Source: Cellvibrionales bacterium
Lineage (GTDB): Bacteria > Pseudomonadota > Gammaproteobacteria > Pseudomonadales > UBA7434
Reading direction: 5' to 3'
NCBI GenBank assembly: GCA_041941365.1
Contig: JBGTQK010000001.1
Location: 54,092-118,091, forward strand
Length of the DNA stretch: 64,000 nucleotides
The translations under genes were made by a program, and so were the position numbers. This document shows, in pieces, positions 10,701-18,745 of the stretch (within the stretch, counting starts at the first letter, position 1; each line of letters opens with the position of its first letter). The notes beneath the pieces are model-generated. The model was not told the origin of the DNA. It worked only from the letters and a program-made list of their open reading frames with translations, and did not search any database.

Positions 10701-11980
10701 ATCTGGTTCCCGGGTTGTTATTAGAAAAATGCATAGCATTATTTCGTTTGTTGCCAAAATCGGATAGAAAGCAGTTACTGCCATTACAAAATACGGTTCA
10801 GAAAATTTTGTCGGCAGTTGATGTACCAACCTGTATGCAAAACAATATTCCTTTATGTGATGTCCTGGCAGAACAGATTCAATTTAATTTTATGTTAAAA
10901 GTTGATTCAAGGTCGTGGCGTCAGCGATCTGAACAAGAGTTAGAAAGTTTCTACCGAATACGCTTTGTGGTTAGAGATAGCAAGCAACAAGTTGTTGGTG
11001 AGAGAAGGGATATTGCAGCATTGCAGCAAGAATTAATAAAAAATGTAGAGCAAGGACTTACGTCACAAAAAGAAACATTGGAGTCAAAAAAAGTTTATCG
11101 TACCTGGGCGTTCAAATCATTAGGTGAGTCGGTATCGTACAAGGCTAATGGTATAGAAATGCAGGGTTACAGAACGTTAAATGAGGTAGAGGACGGTGTT
11201 ATTGAGGCTTTAGCTGCGAGTCAGGAAGATGCTATCTACCAAAGCTATAAAGCTGTAACAACATTGGCGACGATTTCACTTAATGACAAAATGCGCTTTA
11301 TAAAAAAACAATACTTAAAAGATGAAAGAAAATTATTGCCACTATTAAAACTGGGCAATAGAGAATCGTTATTGGTGGATTTTTCCAGAGCGGTTATAGC
11401 TAAAGCCTGTTTTGATCATTTTAAGCAGGATGATGTTACAACTAACAGAGAGTTTGAGGTTTGTATAGCAAGTGGTCGCTCACATGTGGTTTCAGTTGCT
11501 AACGAATTAGAGAAGATTCTAAATAGTATTCTCGATATATACCAACCGTTAATTAATGTATTGACCGATAAAAAACAACACTTTCCATTACAGTATGAGG
11601 ATATTCAATCACAACTTAATGGGTTAATTTATACTGGATTTTTAGAAAATACAGGTTATGATAGCCTTCTAAACATACCGCGTTACTTACAAGCTATACA
11701 GATTCGTTTAGAACGATTAGGTGGAAACTTTAAAATAGATAACGAATTATGTGAAAAGTTAGCATCTTTGCAGCAACCTTTGAAAAATCTGCTATATAAG
11801 TATCCTAACGCTATGTTTTTTGATGAGCACGTAGCTAATTACCGGTGGTTATTAGAAGAGCTACGGGTTTCGCTATTTGCACAACAATTAAAAACGTCAG
11901 TTCCTGTATCAATAAAGCGAGTGGAAAAAGCGTGGAGCTTAATCAATCTAAATCGTTATCCTCTAATCAGTCATCATTAA
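7721..11980 (+). CDS. hrpA: ATP-dependent DEAH-box RNA helicase HrpA
   Basis: 1419 aa. Walker A GETGSGKTTQLPK, DEAH box in IIDEAHERS, TSATID, QRAGRCGR, and the long HrpA-specific C-terminal region. Confidence 0.92.
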   Translation: MATANINKTVDIEQIALWSEDEWCSLFEKEDADIFISKKVIPNLLLKDRFHLEKKFRKMIKQCQTDNLQHRDREPLQKLIQQVRLSLNIIKQRCEQIKQTDFSKQQALPIIACKQGIADALEKHQVVIVAGETGSGKTTQLPKICLEMDRGIYGRIGHTQPRRLAARTVATRIAEELEVEMGEAVGYQFRFNDRVSDSTRVKVMTDGILLAEIAHDRFLTQYDTLIIDEAHERSLTIDFLLGYLKGLIKRRAELKLIVTSATIDVKRFADYFDNAPVVEVPGRSYPVDIIYLPDELSGTLSDVSISGAEKEENENKDDSLGSQLQTALDMIESVASDKAGSSEACDVLVFLPGEREIRESSRYLRNNKVAYQILPLYARLTQVEQQKIFSISDKSRAGFKRRVILATNVAETSVTVPGIGFVIDTGKARISRYSARSKLQRLPVESISKASANQRAGRCGRIAPGTCIRLYEETDFEARPDFTEPEILRTNLAAVILQMKHLGLGEIDHFPFIDSPTVQQIKAGVKALFHLGAINESEQLTSTGKKLVRLPVDPSLARMLIAAVENQCLAEVLVVVSALAVQDPREFPADKRSQSEEKHSRFKDKRSDFLSFIYLWSYLEQLRSELSQNQFRKRCQQEFLSYTRVREWRDLHHQLVLAIRDLKLATSVSMRSDQFEKLIEIGESGLQKTLMDSVFSEKIHRSILVGVPLNIGMREEITNHSNENNKKDKVFQKNKGQYLGVRGLKFFPFPASSMFKVLPKWILAAEIVETRKVYARIAASIQKEWIVNDLSHLLVHEYAEPFWHKKRGQVLAKRSSLFFGLKVESGKLVDYEKIDSEKSRTLFIADALVEQELNPEPHLLKQAEFWQHNEKVIEKVKALEDKCRRRDLMVDAAALYAFYDQYLPSGIASRTSLLRHLKQEKSSDFNQTLKLTENDVLLKPVTTNAEAQFPDSLLIDNKRIKLQYSFSPGEEQDGVTAEINLHDISELPIYAFDYLVPGLLLEKCIALFRLLPKSDRKQLLPLQNTVQKILSAVDVPTCMQNNIPLCDVLAEQIQFNFMLKVDSRSWRQRSEQELESFYRIRFVVRDSKQQVVGERRDIAALQQELIKNVEQGLTSQKETLESKKVYRTWAFKSLGESVSYKANGIEMQGYRTLNEVEDGVIEALAASQEDAIYQSYKAVTTLATISLNDKMRFIKKQYLKDERKLLPLLKLGNRESLLVDFSRAVIAKACFDHFKQDDVTTNREFEVCIASGRSHVVSVANELEKILNSILDIYQPLINVLTDKKQHFPLQYEDIQSQLNGLIYTGFLENTGYDSLLNIPRYLQAIQIRLERLGGNFKIDNELCEKLASLQQPLKNLLYKYPNAMFFDEHVANYRWLLEELRVSLFAQQLKTSVPVSIKRVEKAWSLINLNRYPLISHH

Positions 11981-11988
11981 ACCAGGAC

Positions 11989-13401
11989 ATGTTCGGGTTT
12001 GATGAGGTTGATGTATCTGATCCTTTAATGGCATCGGGTAATCAGTCTGAACTGGATAATAATAAAATGATGGACGAGAAGGTTTCGGAACTGAATTCAG
12101 ATTTAAACGGTGAAGATGAAATCGAACCACTTCAGGCGGTAAAGGTTTACTCGATCTGGGTGAGTACTAAATCAGGTGAACAGCTTCATCTCAGACAATT
12201 TCGACTGGATGGATTGGCAAATAACGAAGCAATTGCCGAGCGTACACATTCTGATAAGGCATTACCTGGATTAGGTCGCAGTGTCTTTATGCTACATGGT
12301 GAAGCCGAGTGTGGCCGAATTTATTACGACAATAAAGGAAATGGTTTGGCATGGCACCTGTCTCAACAGGGCTACGAAGTTTTTGTTGCAGATCTGGGTG
12401 GGCGAGGTAGAAGCCTTTCTTTAGAGGAAGGGGTATCAAAGTTATCGGTTTATGATTGTATTGTTGAAGCTATCCCTTTAATGATTCAGGCTGCTGGGCG
12501 CAACAGTGTCTGGTGTGATGAGCAATACCGTTTTCATGGGCCGGACATATGGGTAGGGCATGGTTTTGGTGCCGTCATGTTATCTGCTGCCTGGACGCGC
12601 CTTGAAGAAAATTTAAGGACAGCAAGGCAAATGATTTTCTTCTCAGGTAAACGCTATATAACACAACGTTCTAACTGGAAAAATCTTTTTGTAAAGTTAC
12701 TTTGCCATCGCTGGACCGAAAAATGGGTTGGCTGGAAAAATCTTTTTCCGGCAACACGATTAGGTTTGGGTACTGCAGATGAAAATGCAAGTTGGTATAG
12801 AACGTATGTCAACTGGATGCAGCACAAGTCCTGGAAGTGTGATCAGGACGGTTTTGATTATTGTCAGGCATTGCGCCATTCACCGCTTCCTCCAACTCAA
12901 CATATAGCCAGCCAGTCAGAATCCTGTTTATCAACCCTTCAGGATATCAGGGTATTTATTAAGGAGCTTGGTCCACACGATGCCAGGTTACTGATTATGG
13001 ACAAGATGTCCGGAGATAGACGAAGTTATAACCATCTATCTATGTTGTTAGATAATCATGCGGTAAAAGATGTGTTTGAACCACTGTCAAAATGGTTAAG
13101 CAAGAAAGCAATAGCCTTTCAGCCACTTTTGCAAACAGCAACAGACGAACATCAAGAAGATGAGTCGTTACACGATTTATATGAGAAGTGTTATTCGCAA
13201 CAGCCTCAACAACAAAAAACAATGGGAAATGCGGATAATGTTGAGAATAGTGAACAAAACTATTACCGTGACAAGTACGAGGCGCTAAGTGAACAGCAGT
13301 CAGTATCCAGTACTGAGCCAGGTGCTGAGTATGAAGATGAGCTGTCTTCTGACTGTTCTGAGAACGAAAATTCACCAATAGCATCTGCTAGTATTGTTTA
13401 A
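11989..13401 (+). CDS. alpha/beta-hydrolase-fold protein lacking the nucleophile serine, with an acidic low-complexity C-terminal tail
   Basis: The track ORF 11845..13401 overlaps the hrpA 3' end. The first ATG after the hrpA stop is 11989 (MFGFDEVD...). Oxyanion-type HG occurs in VFMLHGEAECG. The nucleophile-elbow position reads VGHGFGAVM (G-H-G-F-G instead of G-x-S-x-G). The C-terminus is Q/E/D/S-rich. Confidence 0.55.
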   Translation: MFGFDEVDVSDPLMASGNQSELDNNKMMDEKVSELNSDLNGEDEIEPLQAVKVYSIWVSTKSGEQLHLRQFRLDGLANNEAIAERTHSDKALPGLGRSVFMLHGEAECGRIYYDNKGNGLAWHLSQQGYEVFVADLGGRGRSLSLEEGVSKLSVYDCIVEAIPLMIQAAGRNSVWCDEQYRFHGPDIWVGHGFGAVMLSAAWTRLEENLRTARQMIFFSGKRYITQRSNWKNLFVKLLCHRWTEKWVGWKNLFPATRLGLGTADENASWYRTYVNWMQHKSWKCDQDGFDYCQALRHSPLPPTQHIASQSESCLSTLQDIRVFIKELGPHDARLLIMDKMSGDRRSYNHLSMLLDNHAVKDVFEPLSKWLSKKAIAFQPLLQTATDEHQEDESLHDLYEKCYSQQPQQQKTMGNADNVENSEQNYYRDKYEALSEQQSVSSTEPGAEYEDELSSDCSENENSPIASASIV

Positions 13402-13584
13402 TACTTTTTATCCTTTCATTTATCGACATTTAGCACAGAAACGTTTTAATTTTGTGTCAATTTAGCTATTGAAATACACAGCATCAAAGAGTTTAGATGA
13501 CGTCAGAGTCACTTATCTTTTATAATCGCCGTTTTAGCCTCCAAATTTATAATCATTCGTCAAAAATCAGAGTACAGAAAAAAA

Positions 13585-14373
13585 ATGATGTGGGTTTCTT
13601 GTTTTCAGTTCACTGCGCGGATTTTATTCGTTTTTTCCTTTCTTTGTTCAAGTTTGTCACTGTATGCCAATGCACAGGATACTCATGCAGCGGGTATGTC
13701 GACTTATGATGAATTTGATGACGAATTTGAAGAAGAAAATGATGATCCGTGGTACTCGATGAATCGAAAAATCTTTTCGTTTAACTCAACCATAGATCGT
13801 ATTTTATTGAAGCCTTTAGCTAAAGGTTATCGAAAAATAACGCCAGGTTTTGTTGAAAAAAGTATAGGCAATTTTTTTTCCAATCTTGGGGAAGTTAATA
13901 ATCTGGTTAACTCAGCATTGCAGGGTGATATAAACCAGTCGGGTGTTGCCACAGGTCGTCTACTGGTTAATTCGACTATTGGACTTGCTGGTTTTATGGA
14001 TGTTGCAAGCAAATGGGGTATGGAAGAGCGTAAAGAGGATTTCGGACAAACACTTGCAGTATGGGGCGTATCTGATGGTCCTTATATAATGCTGCCATTT
14101 TTGGGCAGTAGTACTGTTCGCGATGCATTTGGCAGAATTCCGGATACTTTTCTTTCTCCCGTTACTTATGTTGATGATGATGACGTTAGAGCAGGCTTGA
14201 TTGCACTGGATGTTGTAGATACTCGGGCTGAATACCTTGATGCTGAAGCATTGATTACAGGAGACAAGTATACTTTTATTCGTGAAGTCTATTTGCAAAC
14301 ACGTGAAAGTGCTATTGCTAATGGCGAAGTAACGGGTGATGAATTCGGTGACGAGTTTGATGAAGACTTTTAA
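13585..14373 (+). CDS. mlaA: MlaA/VacJ family outer-membrane phospholipid-transport protein
   Basis: 262 aa. The DPWYSMNRKIFSFNSTIDRILLKPLAKGYRKITP and NFFSNLGEV motifs are typical of MlaA. Signal peptide present. DEF-rich acidic stretches at both mature termini. Confidence 0.8.
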   Translation: MMWVSCFQFTARILFVFSFLCSSLSLYANAQDTHAAGMSTYDEFDDEFEEENDDPWYSMNRKIFSFNSTIDRILLKPLAKGYRKITPGFVEKSIGNFFSNLGEVNNLVNSALQGDINQSGVATGRLLVNSTIGLAGFMDVASKWGMEERKEDFGQTLAVWGVSDGPYIMLPFLGSSTVRDAFGRIPDTFLSPVTYVDDDDVRAGLIALDVVDTRAEYLDAEALITGDKYTFIREVYLQTRESAIANGEVTGDEFGDEFDEDF

Positions 14374-14387
14374 TAAAAAGAAGAGGG

Positions 14388-15590
14388 ATGCAATTGGCTA
14401 TTGATAACTCTTCCAATAATACGCTTTCAAAAATATTAATTGTTGATAGTGGCGATCAGATCCGCTCGGAGGCGGCTCAGTATCTTAATGACACTGGTTA
14501 CAGAATCTTCGAAGCAACAAAAGAAGAAGCTGTTTTTGCCACAATAACCGAGAACAAACCGGAGTGTGTGTTGTTCAATCTTGACTCGATGAGTGAGAAA
14601 ATGAACGACTTGTTAGTCTCTATTCTACAAACCGAGACAGAACTTCCCGTCATTGTATTAGCCGAAGCATCTCAAAATAAATTAATTGTGGAAGCCTTGC
14701 GTCTGGGTGCCAGTGACTTTTTGATTAAGCCTGTTCTTGATCTTGAAGTATTGGAATATGCTATTGAACGTAGCCTGGAGCGGAATAAGTTAAGGCAGGA
14801 AAATCTTGAATATAGAAAACAGTTAGAGAAAGCGAACAGTGATCTAAAAAATAACCTTGCAGTTTTGGAACAAGATCAGCAAGCAGGTTTGTTGGTTCAA
14901 ATGAAAATGCTGCCATTAAATCCGATGCAAAAAGGAGCTTATGTCTTTACGCATCAGATTGTTCCATCACTTTATTTAAGTGGTGACTTTATAGAATACG
15001 TAACAGTCGGCACTGATCATGTTGTCTTTTTTGTAGCAGATGTTTCCGGGCATGGAGCATCATCTGCGTTTGTAACGGTAATGCTAAAAAATCTGACAGC
15101 AAGAATGAGGAGCGACTTTAATCGTCTAGGGAGTGATGATATTTTGCATCCTGCAGAATTTCTTACCCAGGCAAATGCCGAGTTACTCGGTACAGGTATC
15201 GGAAAGCACGCTACTCTTTTTTATGCAGTGCTCGATACCCGTCAGAACTCGCTGGTTTATGCAGCTGCGGGTCAATTACCTTTACCCATACTTATCGTAA
15301 ATTCTGAAGCCAGCTACATTGAAGCAGCAGGTTCCCCGGTAGGGCTGTTTGAAGAGATCGATTATGTTGAGCATCAGATGGATCTGCCAGAGACATTCAG
15401 GCTTATCGTTTTTTCAGATGGCATTCTTGAAGTGCTTGATGAGCCGACTTTAGCGGCAAAAGAAGTGCATCTCTTGGATGCTGCAGCCACCGCAAAAGGT
15501 GATACAGAAGCTGTTTTAAGACTGTTTGGTGTCGATTCTGAGCAAAAATACCCCGATGATGTGGCAGCACTTATCGTAGATAAGCATTAA
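14388..15590 (+). CDS. rssB: response regulator with C-terminal PP2C/SpoIIE phosphatase domain (Pseudomonas RssB-like)
   Basis: 400 aa. N-terminal receiver (ILIVDSGD...FLIKPV). PP2C motifs SGDFIEY, FFVADVSGHGASSA, FSDGILE, DDVAALIV. Followed by a STAS gene, as in the P. aeruginosa rssB-rssC pair. Confidence 0.75.
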   Translation: MQLAIDNSSNNTLSKILIVDSGDQIRSEAAQYLNDTGYRIFEATKEEAVFATITENKPECVLFNLDSMSEKMNDLLVSILQTETELPVIVLAEASQNKLIVEALRLGASDFLIKPVLDLEVLEYAIERSLERNKLRQENLEYRKQLEKANSDLKNNLAVLEQDQQAGLLVQMKMLPLNPMQKGAYVFTHQIVPSLYLSGDFIEYVTVGTDHVVFFVADVSGHGASSAFVTVMLKNLTARMRSDFNRLGSDDILHPAEFLTQANAELLGTGIGKHATLFYAVLDTRQNSLVYAAAGQLPLPILIVNSEASYIEAAGSPVGLFEEIDYVEHQMDLPETFRLIVFSDGILEVLDEPTLAAKEVHLLDAAATAKGDTEAVLRLFGVDSEQKYPDDVAALIVDKH

Positions 15591-15598
15591 ACTTAAAG

Positions 15599-15645
15599 AA
15601 TGAAGTTTGTGAAACATCGCAGTGAATCTGCGTCTTAACTTCATT
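15599..15645 (+). promoter_or_regulatory. nested stem-loop in the rssB-like/STAS intergenic spacer
   Basis: Outer stem AATGAAGTT (15599-15607) / AACTTCATT (15637-15645), 9 perfect bp. Inner stem CGCAG (15618-15622) / CTGCG (15628-15632). No clean U-run follows. Confidence 0.35.
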
Positions 15646-15717
15646 ATTGCTGTTTCATTGGTGAAAAACAAAAACGTAGAGTAATAAACGTTATTTAATG
15701 CATGAGATTGAACGAAA

Positions 15718-16206
15718 ATGAATGACAATGGTGAAATCCGTACAGCGTCGTTTGATAAGGTTTTTTATCTAAAGCTGGTTGGTGATGTAAGACTTCCCTG
15801 GTGTGTCAGTTTAGAAACTTACTGTACCGATGCGATAGAAAAAGAATCTTTAAAACAGGTAGTTATTGACTTAAACGATGCAGAGAATCTTGACAGTACT
15901 ACACTAGGCGTTGTTACCAAGATAGGTTTGTTAGCTTCAAAACGATTTGATACCAAGCCCGAACTCTATTACGACAGTGAAGATATAGAGCGACTGATTA
16001 TGAGTATGGGGATGGCTAGTGTCTTTCAATTGAAACGGGAACAACTGCCATTCGACTTGCATTTTGAAGTGCTTCCATGGGTAGATTGCAGTGAAGACTC
16101 AATGAAAGACTCAGTGCTTGATGCGCACCGAACGCTTGTAGACATTAATGAAGAAGAGAATTCACCCAAATTCGATGCGCTTATTAAAACTCTTTCATCA
16201 AAATAA
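15718..16206 (+). CDS. STAS-domain anti-sigma-factor antagonist (RssC-like)
   Basis: 162 aa. STAS-type motif VVIDLNDAENLDSTTLGVV. Located immediately downstream of the PP2C response regulator. Confidence 0.7.
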   Translation: MNDNGEIRTASFDKVFYLKLVGDVRLPWCVSLETYCTDAIEKESLKQVVIDLNDAENLDSTTLGVVTKIGLLASKRFDTKPELYYDSEDIERLIMSMGMASVFQLKREQLPFDLHFEVLPWVDCSEDSMKDSVLDAHRTLVDINEEENSPKFDALIKTLSSK

Positions 16207-16214
16207 ACTATTCT

Positions 16215-16260
16215 TTGAGTTAGATTAACACTATTTAATATAAAGATTAACACTTGAGTT
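16215..16260. repeat. direct repeat AGATTAACACT x2, flanked by TTGAGTT copies, upstream of the HD-GYP gene
   Basis: AGATTAACACT at 16222-16232 and 16244-16254 (22-bp period). TTGAGTT at 16215-16221 and 16254-16260. Confidence 0.4.
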
Positions 16261-16437
16261 CAGTGTACTAATATTTCAAAAAAGAAAAACATTTTTGTTA
16301 AGTGTATAACAAGTTTTTTGTCGAAAAGAATATAATATCGACAATTGTATTAAGACTTTTTCATCTAAAAATAATATTTTTTATTACGACTAAAATATAG
16401 TGAGCTTGTTTATTAATAAATAAAATTCGATGCAGAT

Positions 16438-17688
16438 ATGAAATTACCATTTTCTGGCTTGAACATGTTTGGCTCTTCCGATAAGGAAGTGCAAGTTTCT
16501 ATTGATCAGTTAAGAGTCGGTATGTTTGTCTCTAAGCTGGATCGAGACTGGCTTGAATCGCCTTTTTTGTTACAGGGCTTTCTCATAGAATCACAAGAGC
16601 ATATAGATCAGATAGATGAATACTGTGATTTTGTCTGGATTGATAAATCAAAAGGAGCTGCCCCGGCAATATTTGGAAGTTCCAATAAATATTCTAAAGG
16701 CAAGTCTTCTGACAAATCGCCGGTCGCATTTTCTGACGAGAAAGATGCGGCTGCAGAAATATATAGTGGCTCTCGGCAAATTGTTAAAACAGCATTAGAT
16801 GAAATCAGATTATCAGGTAAGGTAGTTCCAGAAGATGTCAATGCATCAGTCTCGGATTGTGTTGATAGTGTATTGAGAAACAGAGATGCACTGTTATGGA
16901 TGTCAAAAATGAGAGGCGAAAACGAAGAAGAAGCTGAGCATGCACTTAATGTGAGTATTTTAAGTATTTCTCTGGGTCATTACCTGGGTTACGAAGCAAA
17001 AGCACTGCATAATATAGGGATTAGTGCTTTACTTCATGACATAGGAAAAATGTTAGTTCCTGATACAATATTGGAAAAATCAGGTGACCTCGATCCTGGT
17101 GAGTGGCAGGAACTTATAAATCATACAGCACATGGTCGTGATTTACTTATGTTGAGTAACGATATTTATCATGGTGCAGTCGATGTTGCCTATGCCCATC
17201 ATGAACATTTTGATGGAACAGGCTATCCACGCGGTTTGAAAGGTGTAGCTATTCCTGAATACGCAAGAATTGTAGCGATTACTGATTTTTACGATTCTGT
17301 TACAGCTTCGCGTTCTTATTCGCAACCAAAAACCAGTACAGAAGCGCTAAAATTATTGTATGAAGAGAGAGGTAAGCGATTTGATGCAACGTTTGTCGAT
17401 GCATTTATGAAGATGTCGGGTTTATACCCGCCAGGTACTATTGTAGAATTGACGAGTGGTGAGGTAGGGATCGTCATTGAAACCAATCATCGTTATCAGC
17501 ATTTGCCACAAGTGATGATTATGCTGGATAGTAATAAAAACCCCATCGATTATCAAATGAAAAATCTTGCCGATATTGAAGCCGGGAAACTCGATAAAAG
17601 TAATTTTATCGCCAAAGCTCATGTCAGCGGTTCTTTTGGCCTTAAGCTAAACCGTTTTGTAGAAGAAGGTTCATTTAGCAGTTTATAA
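16438..17688 (+). CDS. HD-GYP domain c-di-GMP phosphodiesterase with N-terminal DUF3391-like domain
   Basis: 416 aa. N-terminal LRVGMFVSKLDRDWLESPF (DUF3391-like). HD motif LLHDIGK and HHEHFDGTGYPRGL (HD-GYP signature). Confidence 0.85.
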   Translation: MKLPFSGLNMFGSSDKEVQVSIDQLRVGMFVSKLDRDWLESPFLLQGFLIESQEHIDQIDEYCDFVWIDKSKGAAPAIFGSSNKYSKGKSSDKSPVAFSDEKDAAAEIYSGSRQIVKTALDEIRLSGKVVPEDVNASVSDCVDSVLRNRDALLWMSKMRGENEEEAEHALNVSILSISLGHYLGYEAKALHNIGISALLHDIGKMLVPDTILEKSGDLDPGEWQELINHTAHGRDLLMLSNDIYHGAVDVAYAHHEHFDGTGYPRGLKGVAIPEYARIVAITDFYDSVTASRSYSQPKTSTEALKLLYEERGKRFDATFVDAFMKMSGLYPPGTIVELTSGEVGIVIETNHRYQHLPQVMIMLDSNKNPIDYQMKNLADIEAGKLDKSNFIAKAHVSGSFGLKLNRFVEEGSFSSL

Positions 17689-17726
17689 AAAACGGCTTAG
17701 CTTGCTTTAATCTCTGACACTGATAT

Positions 17727-18521
17727 TTAGTGCATGATTTCCTGGTTGGTTTTACGTGCGTAATCCAGTTTCTTTTGATAACCTGATTGAATAATATCTA
17801 CTGCTACCAACACAGCTATAGAAAAGTAGAAAGTGGATTTTGCTAATGGTTCAACGGCATATCCAAAAAGAGATAAATGAGCAACATGTCCACCCTCACC
17901 AATAAGAACAATACCCACGATCAATAAAATGAATAATCCCAGCACCTCATATTTTCTATTCTTTTTAATAAATTCCGACACTGTGTCTGCCAATAACAGC
18001 ATACCAATACCTGAAGAGATAATGGCAATAGCCAGTACAATATAGACATCGGTAATTGCAATGGCTGAAAGAATAGAATCAAAACTGAAGATTAAATTCA
18101 TCAACACAATCATGCTAATAACAGCAGTGGCAGATTTTTGTTTGGCTTTTTCTTTGCTATGGCCAATATCGTCGATAGAAAGTAAATGGCCGATTTCCTT
18201 AACTGCGGTGTAAATAATAAAAACGCCACCTAATAAGAAAACCACTGCCGAAAAATTAAAATGGCCTTCGATGATACCTTTCCATTGAATATGAAAGAAA
18301 GGTTCTGTAAGTGATGAGATTAATTTCATCATTACAGCAAGTAGAATTAATCGTAAAGTAACGGCGATAATGATACCTGCTTTACGAACACGTGCCTGTA
18401 AGTGAGTAGGGGCACGTTGTGATTCGATAGAGATGTAAAGTAAGTTATCAAAACCCAAAACCGCCTGTAAAAATATCAATACAGCCAGATTCATTATGTT
18501 TTCAATGCTTAGTAATTCCAT
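17727..18521 (-). CDS. TerC family integral membrane protein
   Basis: 264 aa, multi-TM. LGFDNLLYISIE and the second-half repeat SFDSILSAIAIT are typical of TerC/YjbE-type proteins. Confidence 0.8.
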   Translation of the reverse strand: MELLSIENIMNLAVLIFLQAVLGFDNLLYISIESQRAPTHLQARVRKAGIIIAVTLRLILLAVMMKLISSLTEPFFHIQWKGIIEGHFNFSAVVFLLGGVFIIYTAVKEIGHLLSIDDIGHSKEKAKQKSATAVISMIVLMNLIFSFDSILSAIAITDVYIVLAIAIISSGIGMLLLADTVSEFIKKNRKYEVLGLFILLIVGIVLIGEGGHVAHLSLFGYAVEPLAKSTFYFSIAVLVAVDIIQSGYQKKLDYARKTNQEIMH

Positions 18522-18745
18522 AGGTGTAAACTCTTCATTGTGTATTTCGGATTAAAATGGTTTACTCTCTTTTGGATTTTTATTTAAAAATAAAGATCAC
18601 TGAGAATTATGCGGCGGCTATTTTATTATTTTTTGAACAGTTCTTGCATGCAGATTTGTGGTACCAATTCACGCATCAGAGGAGAAAACGAGCAAGTGTT
18701 AGATGTTTTACAGTTTTTAATAGTATTTCAGCAAGAGAAACAATA

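Noticed and set aside
11845-11988. Upstream extension of the hydrolase-like ORF overlapping hrpA by 136 nt
   Set aside because: This stretch lies in an alternative frame of the well-supported hrpA 3' end. The first ATG after the hrpA stop (11989) gives a sensible start, so the overlap is an ORF-calling artefact.
13960-14298. Antisense ORFs inside well-supported genes (for example 13960..14298, 19765..20148, 20266..20631, 23770..24129, 25385..25681, 46042..46857, 58289..58618)
   Set aside because: All lie opposite or out of frame within genes that have strong family motifs. They have odd composition and no RBS, so they are treated as shadow ORFs.
18522-18745. Possible yybP-ykoY (manganese) riboswitch upstream of the TerC-family gene
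   Set aside because: I read both strands and found none of the conserved GGGGAGUAG or GAGAC-type core elements. The region looks like plain AT-rich promoter DNA shared with the NADAR gene.
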